This document shows positions 51,201-63,700 of a DNA stretch of 64,000 nt, piece after piece. The stretch lies in the NCBI RefSeq assembly GCF_023055435.1, contig NW_025964001.1, positions 33,666,001-33,730,000 of the forward strand, given 5' to 3'. The position numbers were made by a program, and so were the translations under genes. Origin of the DNA: Haliotis rufescens. Taxonomy: Eukaryota. How positions within the stretch are numbered: position 1 is the first letter of the stretch; each line of letters begins with the position of its first letter. The notes below the pieces were generated by a model. The model was not told where the DNA came from. It saw only the letters and a list, made by a program, of their open reading frames with translations, and made no database searches.

Positions 51201-53698
51201 TGCTTTGCCTTAAGGCTGTTTTTTTATCTCCTGGTTTCGGATCTGGTTCCTTGAAGGAGGCTAAATAGGGTTAAGTTACATAGACCAGTCAAAATCAAGT
51301 CCTCCCAAAAGCAGTTTTTGTTTGATTATTCATGAATACTGATTTGTTTCTTCAATATGGTTCAGGCAAGAGAACAGTTAGCTACTCCTACACCTCCGAC
51401 AACGGGACCGGAGCTGGAGAAGTAGCTGTTGTTGTTCAGCCACCCAGTGGACTTCCCATTGGTAAGTCACCATGAATCAACTGTCCTCGGAAAATGTCAG
51501 GACACATGGACAATACATTGCATAGTGTCTGCACATTTAATCATAACAGAGATGTGAGTCAGTTTGGTTTTATGCCTAATTTAGCAGTACTAGGGCTGGT
51601 CAAAAAGTTCTAAGCCTAACAAACATAACAAACAATTGTGGAAGTGTTTTTCATTTCATTTTTCAACATAACCTCCCTGCTTTTCAATACACTTCTCATA
51701 TTGATAGTCAAGCTTTTCAATTACAGTCAGGAAGAAGTTTTCTGAAGCCACCCTTAAAAACCCATTTACGGCAGCTTTGAGGTCATTGTGGGGTTTTTCA
51801 GTTAAGGAAACAGGTGGAAATCACTTGGTGCCAGGTCTGGTGAGTATGGAGGGTGAGGAAGCTCTTCAAACTCACATTGTCGCACAGCAGCCTTTGCAAG
51901 TCGACAGGTGTGAGAAGGGGCATTGTCACGAAGTAGTAGAATTCCAGCAGTCAGCATTCCTCACTGGTTTTCTTTTATAGAATCTCTCGGGCGATAGTAG
52001 GCATGGTAATTGTCTTTTGACTTTCTCAGTAATCAACAAGCATCACACCCTTTGCATCCCCAAATACAGTGGCCACAACTTTCTTCACTGATCTTGAAGA
52101 CGTGAATTTCTTTGGTGTCAGCATGGTCAGAGAAGTGGAATGGTGCCATTCCATGGATTGACGTTTTGACTCGGGATCATAATGGTAGACCCATTATTCA
52201 TTTCCCGTTACTAATCTCTTTTTCTTTTTGAATTTGACGGAATCCTCCTTAATAAGCTCTAACTTTTCTCTGGCAATGTTACTTCTTTTTTCCTTAAAAT
52301 CAGAATTTAGAAACTTTGGCACCCATCAAGCAGACATCTTATTCATCTGTAAATGTTCATGAATAATAATGTCAATGATCCATGGCTTAGACCTGGGGTG
52401 TTCCTGAAGTTCAGCAATGGTAATACATCTATCTGACAGTAAACAACTTTTTATCTCCTTCATCTTAATCTTCATTGATGGAAGTTGACGGACGTTCAGA
52501 CCTAGGGTCATCATCAAGGCTTGTTCTCCCAGCCTTAAACATAGCTGCCCATCGTTTAACAGAGGTATAGCTAGGGCACTTATCCCAATACACTTGTGAC
52601 ATGCGGTCATAAATTTCTTGGGGAGTACTTTTCTCTAAAGTCAAAAACTTGATGGTTCTCATTCTTTTCCATTTCTGTGTCCATTTAGACCCACATCACA
52701 TTCAACTGGCTGTGACTAATATACAAACGGCCTCAACAGACCAAATACACTTGCCATGAACTACTCAAACAATGTACTACATTGACTAGTTCACTTTATT
52801 ATGGCCCATATTTGAAAGTTAGTCAGGCTTAGAACTTTTTGACCAGCCCTCGTATTCCAGCAATATCATGTGCTGTACACAAGAATTAGGCTTCACCTGT
52901 TGTTTACATGTATTGAACAGAACCTGGCATTTCTATACAACACCTGTTGTTTAAACGACACATGATGTAACTTTACAGGTGACAGTTTCTTCATCCAGAG
53001 GTCACCGCCAGGCACCTACTCCAACAGCTTCATCCTCATGGCCAAGCCTGACCCCCACTGTGACCCCAAGAAGGGACCCTGTCGAAAATGGTCACCTGGA
53101 CACTACAAACTCAGTATTGGTAAGTATTAATGTGGAGATAGAGCCACATATGCATGAAATATGGTCTTACTTGGTGTTTGCTTTTAGATCAAACCATGTG
53201 TTAGTAAAGGAAGAAAAAGCTTGAATACATTAGGTACCACTTGGACTCCAATTGTACATAAACATTATGTAACATAGGATTTCCTTCCATAAACCCTGCC
53301 AAGGTTAGATAATACTTCTGTTCTTAATTTAAAGAGGGACACATCTCAAGGGAGCATTTATTGTCTGTAGCAGGAAATAATTAGTATCAAAATCGACTCA
53401 TTTTCTCTTGGATAATGTTAATGGCTTGACTAATATACATAAAAATATTTAAGTTAGCAAAGTGTTTTTGATGACCCGTCTCACCCTGACTGACTACATC
53501 TTAGCCAGTCTGGTGATGGTCACTCTATAGTTACTATTGTTAGGACTTTGGGGTCTCATTTCTAATTAGTATTTAGTTATCCACCAAACTTATCAAATAC
53601 ATTCTTTCCCAGATGTATGTTACGGCAAGTGCGGCAGCGGCGACCCACACAGCAAGATCTACGACACCCATGATGTCAATTTCATCATCACCTCCTAG
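45227..53698 (+). CDS. Countin-like secreted saposin-domain protein, copy 4 (241 aa)
   Basis: Exons 45227-45238, 46582-46735, 46881-47004, 49820-49932, 51366-51461, 52979-53119, 53613-53698. Frame intact and all 12 family Cys kept. AATAAA at 53721. Confidence 0.92.
47480..49180. repeat. ~618-bp tandem repeat (just under 3 units) in intron 3 of countin-like copy 4
   Basis: Anchor AACTCTTGTACAAACACGATTACCTCCCTTTGACCATAAA recurs near 47891, 48510 and 49127. Internal TTACCTCCCTTT / AAGGGAG..AACTC submotifs occur in both orientations. Confidence 0.9.
51590..52852 (-). mobile_element. Full-length (1263 bp) inactive mariner element in intron 5 of countin-like copy 4
   Basis: TIRs C(T/G)AGGGCTGGTCAAAAAGTTCTAAGCCT with TA target duplication. 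Disrupted transposase MRTIKFL..EIYDRM..VKRWAAMFKAGRTSLDDDPRSERP, WVPKFL and HPPYSPDLAPSDFHLF. Confidence 0.92.
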
Positions 53699-56600
53699 AC
53701 ATCTCGTATTTGTACAGAGCAATAAAGATGCAAATATGTGTCTCTTGTTTCAAATTTGTTTGTAAAAGACACCAATCATTTTGGAAGGCTTGCAACTTAC
53801 GAACATAAAATGACATCCATATGGTGATTAGGTTAGAATAGGTCCCAGGTAACCTGGGCTTGTTGTTCGAGGCGGCAAAACTATCAGAAACATCATTATT
53901 GGGATCTTCTATACACACCTTTGTAAAACAGTGGTTTTAGATACTTTCAGGGGCTACCAATCTCAGAAATGTATCTTTTTTATTATGGCGAAGGAAATTT
54001 TTAAGGACTGAAACGCATCATTAAATTTGTGACGGTATGTGCAAGTAAAGGTCAGACATCTTTGGGTAAAAATCACGAAAAAGAGGCAGTTAAATACATA
54101 ATACTTCATGCATATCAAATCATACGTTGATTAATTAGGTTACAGGTAGAAATAATCAAGTTCATAAAAATCATGTGTGCAAATATCACCTCACGTGCAC
54201 CAAAGTATTGTTTACATCATCTGGACGGCACTGCTGACGTCATTCAAATCTTAAAGTGACATATTGTTTGAATGATGTCACACTAGAAACATCATAGCTG
54301 AAGATTGTTGACGACATTTTTCTAAGACGGAGTTCATGATCAGTGTTTGTTTCTATAGGGGAGCTCAAGAGGATTAAAAATAATGGGTAATAAAGAAATT
54401 AGTACCCTCGCATGTGTGTCATACTGATTTTATCAAACTTGTGTAAGAATTAATGTACTACCCTGGCTCTCGCTAGGAAAATCTAAGAATTCTGACACTC
54501 GTTTTGTAAAATCAGTATAATGGACATGCTCATATAATCATGATAATAATCTATATAAAGTGATTGGTAAGACCAAAATGTATTTTTATATGACTGGAGG
54601 GGAAGTGTGAAGTTGTATTTGAACTGGATGCAAATTTTTAGCACCATGGACCTTGAAATGTCTGGGGACTTGTTTAAAAGTTATCGACCCCCCAAGACAT
54701 AATGTAAGCTGACAAGAACCTTCAATGAACACTGCCATGTTATTTTGTCAATACTACCCAGGGATGTAGCTGTCCTACAGGAGTGAGTAAGTGTTTTATG
54801 TCGCTTTAAGCAATATTCCAGCAATATCAGGGCAGGGGACACCAGAAATAGGCTCCACACATTGTACCCATGGGCACGAGAACCAGGGCCTTTGGCATCA
54901 TGTGGAGCGAATGCATGTATCACTAGACAACCCCACCATCCCATGTCCTGAAGGAAATAATGTGGAATTGTTTCTCATCAACTGAGATATGGTTCATATA
55001 TCTCACAAGCAAGACCCTGTTGGGACCAAGGTGGGACTAGGTCCTCACTACCCAGACTAAATGGTAGACTTGGTCAGGCTCCGCGACGTATCTGAAGATA
55101 ATTGTGGATGTAAAATTCAATGACAGGTGAAAGAATTTCATGTTAGGTCCCCAGTAGCCTATCCTACGACTTGAATGATAACCTATACCGACAGAATCAT
55201 GCATATTTTATAACATCAAGAAATGGTTTGTCTGGTCCACACTCTATATAGTTGCAATATTGCTGACTGTGGTGCAAATATATAACAACAAATAATGACA
55301 GTTGGAAAGGGAATATTCAGTCTGCACCACCACCTCTATACAGTTCTTTCAATGAATGGGCTCAAACCAAACACCAAGCAGCCCTTTAAAATAAAGCTGC
55401 AAAAGCACAGAGTGTTAAACATGTTGAACACATAGAAATACAATAGGGCAACACTCTCATTTATTTACACAAACACATTCACTCAAAACAATCTTACAAT
55501 GTCGCTAAAGAAAACTGCCTCAGAATGACATATAAATAAGTCATTAATATAAAAATCAGTTCATAGTGAGGAAACAATTGTACTTCATTTACAGCTATGT
55601 CAGTTCAGTCAGTCTCCAGTCTTCCTCTAACACTGTCAGCATGCTGGAGTCAAACTGGTGGATATATGGCACCAACATATTTGATCTCAGTTTTTGAGAA
55701 ATGTTATAAGTAGGTGTACTTTGCTCTAGACACTTATTTAACATCTTTCAAAAGAATACTCTTCTTGACTGTTGGGATTTCTCATGTGTGTTGACATTTA
55801 TACACGAATGAGGCCACACAAACACATCTTATCAGATTCTGTTGGTGTTTATGACAACATAAATGTTCCAGTGTCCATGGTGACTAATCTGGCACCCTTC
55901 AGAGGATCACAATTACATGAATCACACAAATCACCTGAAAAAAACATTGAAAATATCTTAAAATTAACCATGATCATATTCACATCAATATACACTGATA
56001 TAAACTTGTAAGTTTAAAACAGGATCAAACTCCAAGGGTACTTATTATCTGTGTAAAGATTAAACATTCATAAATCATGTAGTCATACATAAGGCATATT
56101 CCGAAAACAGAATGATTGATAATAGGAGTATTTTTATCTAGAAGATAGATAGTATCATGTAAGCAGGGGCGGTTGGGTAGCCTTGTGGTTAAGTGTTTGC
56201 TCACAATGCCGAACACCTTGGTTTGATTCCCGACATGGATACAATGTGTGAAGCCCATTTCTGGTGTCCCCAGCCGTGATATTGCTGGAATATTGCTAAA
56301 AGTGGCGTAAAAAGCAGTGTATTTATGCTGTATCATGCTCTGGACAGTTAACATTATAACATGAAATAAGGATATACAGATATACATAGTTTTAAATCCT
56401 TCTAACCAGCAACCAACACATCAATTCGCAGAAGTTTAGACCACTGGAACATTCACATCTTTTTGGAGGGGTGAAAGGTTGGGTTTGAGACTGTTGTTTG
56501 TTTGTTGTTTAACATTTTTAACACCGCACACAGCAATATTCCAGCTCTATGTTGTAAATCGGGTATGGAGCAGACAATCCAGTGATTGACATCATGAACA

Positions 56601-56783
56601 TTGATCTTTGTCATTGGGATACGATGACATGCATCAACCAAGTCGGTGAGTCTGACACTGATCCCTTTTGTTGCCTCTTACGACTAGCATAGTCGCCCCT
56701 TAGGACAAGCATGGGTTGCTGAAGACGTATTCTAACCTGGATCTTCACAACTTGTTTGAGACAGTGCCATCTTACCTTTATAA

Positions 56784-57318
56784 TCACTCTTTCTTAAATT
56801 CTTCTGTCCGCACAGGTGTCAGACCGGACATTTGTACCTTTTCTATAGGCTTATTTCCTCCAACAGTGACCAACTGCATGTACTTTTGAGCTGTAAGGAG
56901 AATATTTAATGACAGATTAACTGTATGGTCACCATGATAGTCAATAATGAATACAGCCAAACTGACATATAGCATAAATAAAAGTATTAATTTTTTTTTA
57001 AATTATTTACATTATTAGTCATTTCATTTGACATAAAGACTGATAGAAATAGACTAATAATAGCAAACACTTTTCAATACGTTTTTCATTCATGACCATG
57101 CATTATTACCAAATATGTTTCCACATTGAAACTTACAATCTCTCTTTCTACTTACTACTTGTCAGGTTATCCCATTCTGGCGTTTCATCTTTCTTTTTCG
57201 ACTTGTACACTTTATATACGACAATGCCTAACACGTTCCAAGCTGCAAGGAAATACAATGCGCTTTTCCAGTGTATTCGGCTAACTTTTGACGGATCGCC
57301 ATATCTGTACCGTCTCAT
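56784..57318 (-). CDS. Uncharacterised 89-aa single-pass membrane microprotein
   Basis: Exons 57318-57156 (donor GTAAGT) and 56890-56784 (acceptor CCTTACAG): MRRYRYGDPSKVSRIHWKSALYFLAAWNVLGIVVYKVYKSKKKDETPEWDNLTSTQKYMQLVTVGGNKPIEKVQMSGLTPVRTEEFKKE*. A further donor follows 56776 and an acceptor at 55934 gives a 3' UTR exon, with AATAAA at 55465-55460. Confidence 0.75.
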
Positions 57319-57467
57319 TTTTAGCAAAAACACAGACACGTGGTAAATATGTCAACAAGCTGGAGGAAAACCGGAAGAAGACCGTAATTGTAAGAACACA
57401 TTTCATTGGTCTGGATTTCCATTCCGGTCTTCAAAGGTGAAGGTCATTTAAAATATATCGCGGGAAC
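57319..57467. promoter_or_regulatory. Compact bidirectional promoter (149 bp between start codons)
   Basis: Divergent ATGs at 57318 (-) and 57468 (+). ETS/GABP-type CCGGAAG at 57371-57377 and inverted TTCCGG at 57422-57427. Confidence 0.65.
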
Positions 57468-60400
57468 ATGTCTGTCTACTTGAACACATCATCCGTTCCA
57501 GGGGTTGTGGAACAATCCTGTCATTTGATGCCTTTTGACATTGAACATGATGGAAGTGCAAATGTATCTTCATACTTTAAGACGTCAATTAGGGAAGAAC
57601 AAGAAGGTGATGTCCCAATTAGTGGTCATAGTCCAGAGAGCTCAGTGTGGCTCATACAATGATTGAACCAGTAATGATTCAGGGACACTCACAGTAGAGC
57701 TGGCAAAAAAGATCGATAATCGGAATTATCATCGATGGAAAGAAATATTAACGATTATCGAAATGAAAATTAAATTGTGTCATCGATAATATCTTACATA
57801 GATCTATACTATTGTGATCAAATAAAGTTTAGATTTACCAAAACAGATATGTTATTGTCAGTAATGTTAGAACGAAAGTAACTGTTTTTGTAATATCATA
57901 TAAATGTCCACTAGATCTAAGTAATCCCTGAATAAATGTGTCACCAGTGGAGTGAAATATGTAAATTTCTTTAAGATTTTTTTTTTCGTATTTGCTCAAA
58001 GATACAGCTCATTTATTTATCAATAATATTGATTGATATTTAGTTAACGATTATCAATCTCCATGATATGTAGCCAGCCCCAACTCAGACAGTGTGTACA
58101 TGAGCAACTGATAACCAAATACAGCAATTCGTAGCTAGATCAGTAACCTATACAGAAACATGTTTCATACCTCATGTATACTACATGTGAGCATCTTGTG
58201 GGCGTTGTTGAATGAAATCAAATCAAGAATTATGCCTAGTTAGTAATTACACTTTGCAAACATATTTGGTGTCCAGTGACCATGGTGATATTTGGATATC
58301 GATATTCTTCTTATCATCATTATCATACTTTAGTGCTGGGAATCGTCCAAATTTACTACCTGGGTACCCGATACCCTTTTACCTGGCCCAACCCCTGCAC
58401 CCGCTATAGTTGGGTACAAGATGTCCATATGGGAATTGTTTTACCCAAGTCCTGGCAAAAACTATTTACATACACATGAGCTATACTTGTAGTGTAACCA
58501 TGAAGTTTTATTGTTAATGTCATTAAACACTATCACATGTAAGGATAAGAATTTATGGATGAGCAACTTCTTTATTACAATTAAGAGCGACGTTTCAGTA
58601 TCACATAACTAACCACTGGTCCGGGTCCTACTCAGGACCCACCTGACCAGAGTTACCCATCCAAGCCTTATCATACTTATACTTATGTTTCCAGCCCTGA
58701 CAGCATCCTTTCGAGGTAGACTATTAAATGGACAGGAGATCACTTTACCAAGCGGATATACAGGTATTGTTGATAATGGTGATTGCATACATTGATTAGT
58801 TACAGTGGGTGAGCTGGTTTAAAGGGACAGTATGTGGCTTCAAGTATGTCAACGGTTTTATGTTTTTTTTAGATCATGCATGAAATAATCTTGTCTGATG
58901 TTACATGCACGATTCAATTCTCAAACCAAAAGGATAGAGCTCTGTGCAGATAAAACTGGCTTTAGTCATGTTTTTATTATATTTGCAAATTGAAGAGAAA
59001 GTTTGTTTGTGGACGATACACCAACTGTGCAATCCAATACGTATCATAATACCTTGCTCACGATCCAATACGTTACATGATACTTGCATGTGCTCTTATC
59101 TGTTGTGCGTGAGCCATCTTTTTCATAGACAGAATACCTGTGAAGATTCGGGGTAGAATAGGTCTTCAGCAACCCATGCTTGCCGTAAAAGACGACTATG
59201 CTTGTCGTAAGAGGCAACTAACAGGATCGGGTGGTCAGGCTCACTGACTTTTTTTGATGCATGTCATTATCTCATGATGTCAATCACTGGATTGCCTGGT
59301 CCAGACTCGATTATTTACAGACTGCCGTCATATAGCTGGAATATTGCTGAGTGCGGCATTAAACAACAAACAAACAAACTAAAGGGCCAAGCCTCAAGGA
59401 ATCCAAGACCCCCTTATTTATGAACACTGATTATATGATTATCATACTGAGGTCATCAGTACCAAGTGAAAGTAAATCTGATTGTTGATGGAATACGACT
59501 CTTTTAGCATGTTTAGTGTATCATGTGACACATATTCATTTTGTTTGGTCTCAATATTGTATCGCCAAAAAAAGTGGTTGATCATTATACCTCTTTGTTT
59601 TGCAGGAGACGTAACTAAATGACTCACACAACATGTAAAGTTGTACATAGAGAAATGGTGGTGTTTCAGGTATTGTGGTGAAGGAGAACAGGAAGCCAGT
59701 GACAGAAGATGAGGACCGAGACCTCAACATCACACACCGGTTCCAGAAGATGACATATTGGAACTTAGACAAGCTGCCAAGTGCTGATGACCGCTTTGCT
59801 CAAGCAATGCAGTGGGCCGACATAGCGAAAGCAGTAAGCATATAATGTACACAGGGAGAACTGAGGAATCATCAATGCAATCACTCTTAAATGTGTCACA
59901 GTAAACATTGTAAGGCTAAAGAAATCTTAAAATACCTTGTTCTTTGGGAACTTGTTTTTAAGATTTTGTGTGAGTAGACTGTTTTATTGTATATCATTTT
60001 TTAAAACTGAAATGGTGATTAACTGAGGTATCAGAATCTTTTTCTAATTTTGTCCCTTTTTTTCAGTGTTCATGTGAGGGAGTTAAAATGCCAAATAACA
60101 AAGCCCATTTATTGTCAGTGATTGGACCGAAAGATGGTCATGGCTACCAGAGAAATACTATTGCCTTGGAAAATGATTGACTCTTATAGTTGTCACACAG
60201 AAACTATCCTAATGAAATATGACTTCCATATCGAGGTCCATGAGAAATGGACATTTGTTAACTGGTTGGAGTCGTCATGGAGTTATCTAGGTGTTCTCAA
60301 AGTGGGAAATTTGTGCCCATGTCTGCTGCAAATGGCAGTACAAGTTTCCAGTTTAGAATTAATATTGTCCCAACTCAGTAACTAATCTGTAATTTAATGT

Positions 60401-60796
60401 AATGTTAACGCCTAGCAAGGTTGACTTGTATGAAACTAATAACAGGACCAAAATTAAAAGGTAGTAGTGTATCATTATGTGGAATGCAAAGTATCTTTGA
60501 TTTGAAAAAAGTGAGAGAGAAAAAATCTACATTTTCACGATTTTAGACCAAAGCATAGTTAAGAATCCAAGATAGATATCTGTTCATATTCACTGGCTTA
60601 ACATGAATTTAGCAACTTGTAGGTACCTTAATTTCACATTAGTTCCCTAGAAATAAAGTAAGCTTCTTGCTCCATCATTGTCAATAGGAAAAGATGAAGC
60701 TAGGGGACTGTCATGTGTTGTATCATGTTATTTCTGCTGCAGCTTCACCGTCCTGTGGATGAAGAGAGCAGTCAGAAGAGCGTGACTGGGAAATAG
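57468..60796 (+). CDS. RNASEH2C: Ribonuclease H2 subunit C (141 aa)
   Basis: Exons 57468-57606, 58695-58763, 59670-59833, 60743-60796. Family motifs HLMPFDIEHDGSANVSSYF, ASFRGRLLNG, LPSGYTG, YWNLDKLPS, AMQWADIAKALH. Confidence 0.93.
59137..59379 (+). mobile_element. SINE family B (GTCGTAAGAGGCGACTAA core, resembling the Nin/Deu domain; (AAAC)n tail)
   Basis: Dispersed repeat with copies at about 9608-9830(+), 13703-13870(+), 27150-27394(-), 31320-31478(+), 34195-34365(+), 38420-38620(+), 42110-42245(-), 46035-46298(-), 50706-50862(-), 56493-56750(-). The Nin-domain assignment is from memory. Confidence 0.8.
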
Positions 60797-63700
60797 TACT
60801 GGCAGTCCTGAGTGATACACAGCAACACTGGACATTAAGACTACAAAGTTGCATGGATGGTGTGCTGATTGTAATCATATTTTTCATGAATGTCGAGTGT
60901 GTATCAATGATATTATATTTCAAAGGCGAGACATACTATTTGGGTTATGACTGTCGGCATAATCAGATTGGATTGTATGTTTAAAGTACCAGTTCTGAGT
61001 TAATTACAACCGGGAGGCATGAGCAAGACTGGAACAAGACTACTTAATCTATTACTCTTTCAACCTTTCACTGGTTGTGGACAGCTGACCACGTTCAACC
61101 CTGCAATAGGTTTATATCACTGCAGTGGCTCCAAAGACTTCCCTGGTCAGCTGTATGTCACATGTATCAGGAACATAATGTATATATCAACATGTGGGTG
61201 CCTTGTACAGTGTGTTGGTTTAGGTTCGAGCAGTTGAATATGTCATACAAATATGATGGATGCATTCATCTACAGACAATAAAGCCAACAAGGTCAATGC
61301 AGTCAATATTCTTTGTTTTTATTGAGCTAAGTATGATTACATTTACTTACAAATTTACACATGAAATATGCATAGTTTATGAAAGTAACAAAAGTTGAGG
61401 TTTTCCACAGTTATTCCATTCAAGGGGAAATTCTGAAAATATGACATTGGATGTCACAGGATACACATTTCAAAATCATAAATAATGTAGAAAACATATA
61501 GAATCAATGAATATTATTAAATAAATTATATCCCTTTTGTGACAGAATGTTTACCATTGTTGAAATCTACCCATTCCAGCTGACCCATGTCTATTGTCAT
61601 GTCAGCTCACTAAGTTTTCTCAAATATTGAACCAACTGGAAAGTTCAAGAATATTATTCTTTTCTTCCCATTTTAACAAATTCTAGAAAAAAAAGAACCT
61701 CAGTATTGATTTGGAGATAAGAAGACCTCAAAGCAGCACTTTTCTTTATTTAATTTGTTTTTAATTCACTCTACCACTATGCTTTTATCAGTTAGTTCAG
61801 AAATAATCTATTAACCAAGTAACTAAAAAGTCTTCATATTTGAAACTCTTGTGGTAAATGCATGAATACAAATAATTCAAGATAAAGGACATATGAAAAT
61901 GTGTCCCTCCTGAACACAAATTCAAGACCAAACCATTGTCCTAGTCCAGCTATCAGTAGAAATAATCCACTCCATAAGAATAAGACAAATCTAACCTCAC
62001 AACCAAAAATAGCCCCCAGTTTTGAAATGAAACTTCTCATATGACATAATCTGAAAACATAGTACAGACAACTGAATGCTCCAAAAAGTTCCTTGCTGTT
62101 GAAGGAAAAAGAATAATAAAGGTTTGTATAAAGTGGGTCTAACCTTCAGGAACACTATAATGAAAACACCAAAGGCAGTTTAGGACCAAAGTCATCTCTG
62201 AAACTGAATGATAAATCACAGAGTTGACATACTGAACACATGACTACTACATGTAATTTGGAGTGTTCAAAATTAAGCATGCAAAGCAAGGGTCCTTGTC
62301 ATAACCCTTACATTAAACTTTAGGGGACCCTAGAATTAAATATAGGAATACCTCAAGGACCCAGGACTCCCCTTTATTTTGAACACGGCACACCTATTCT
62401 AATAATCACACAATATAAACTGCTTGGTGGAAAATATCTGGTGAACGCATATAAAATTATTCTAAAATAGATTTCTGTTGTTGAAAAACATTACTATGTA
62501 CAATTGAAACACTAGTCCAATTACACTTTTCATACATCAACAAAACAAATTTTTTATGAATACAAACAGGGCTCTCTTTACCTTGCAGCAAAAAGATTAC
62601 ACTCTAAATATGACAGTGAAATGCCAACATTAGTGAAATAATTGCAAATAACACTTGTTAAAACATTAAGTCAAGTTGATCAACAACATCACCATTACGT
62701 CAATGGGATGATAGGACCCACGGTCACATGGCTGCGAGTTGGGGATAATTTACTTAGGAATATTAATGTTTTCTGGTGATGTAAGATATTTAACAGAATA
62801 TTTGGTTAATCTTGTGAAATAACTTGTTTTGCTGACCACTCAATGAGATTAAGATCATGTGAATATTAGTCAAATAGCCTCTATATCCCTTTCACGACCA
62901 ATCTGGGATTGTACTCTTTGTTTTTGCAGAGCTTGAAATGCTGGCTGTTTCGTTTACAATTTATAGTCGAGGACTAAACAACCGCGTACCGTCTTTTGCC
63001 CTAGACTCGCTGCACATATTTAGTTAAATATGAGGAATTAGTAACAATATTGTGCAATACCAGGGACTTTATATACAGAATGCCCTGATTTTACTCACTG
63101 AATACTGCTGACTTTATATTTCCGTGTACTGAACCTGCAATCTTTGTATCTGTAGCTGTGAGTGAACCACAAGGCGACAGAGACACTTATAAATCTCAAT
63201 GCTTTTAAGAATCTCTTTTTCAAGTACATGTAGGCCAGCAAGCTATATTTTATGCACGTTTCCTAAGGTTCATTCATCAAAAGTATGTTTAAAACATCAA
63301 ATTGTTGATAAATGTTGTCTCAGATTTTTCTTTCGGTTTATAAGTAAGACAAAACACTTGCCCTCAGGATGTTTTAAATGTCACAATTTTATCCTACACA
63401 TAAAAAGAACTATTGACCTACTTAATAAGAGTCTCCGTGTGATAGCAGGGTTTTACCTTGACTTACAAAAGTAAGTACTTATTACTCCCCATTAAGTAAT
63501 TTAAAGGGTCCTTGCAGGATTTTGTAAAGTTATGAATGGTGTAGTGTATTGTACGTTTTGATAATACCCTCAAAAGCCAAACTTGTAAATACAAACTGGT
63601 ATCTGTTGCTCCAAGGATATATATATATGGATTTGCTGTAGTTCATATGACCTCTGGAAAATGTCAGTCTCAGACTTGGGTGCTGGTTATAATTTGACCA

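Noticed and set aside
6373-53698. Recent horizontal transfer or contamination from an amoeba as the origin of the countin genes
   Set aside because: The genes have six conserved spliceosomal introns filled with host SINEs and sit among ordinary animal genes. An ancient origin cannot be judged without a phylogeny.
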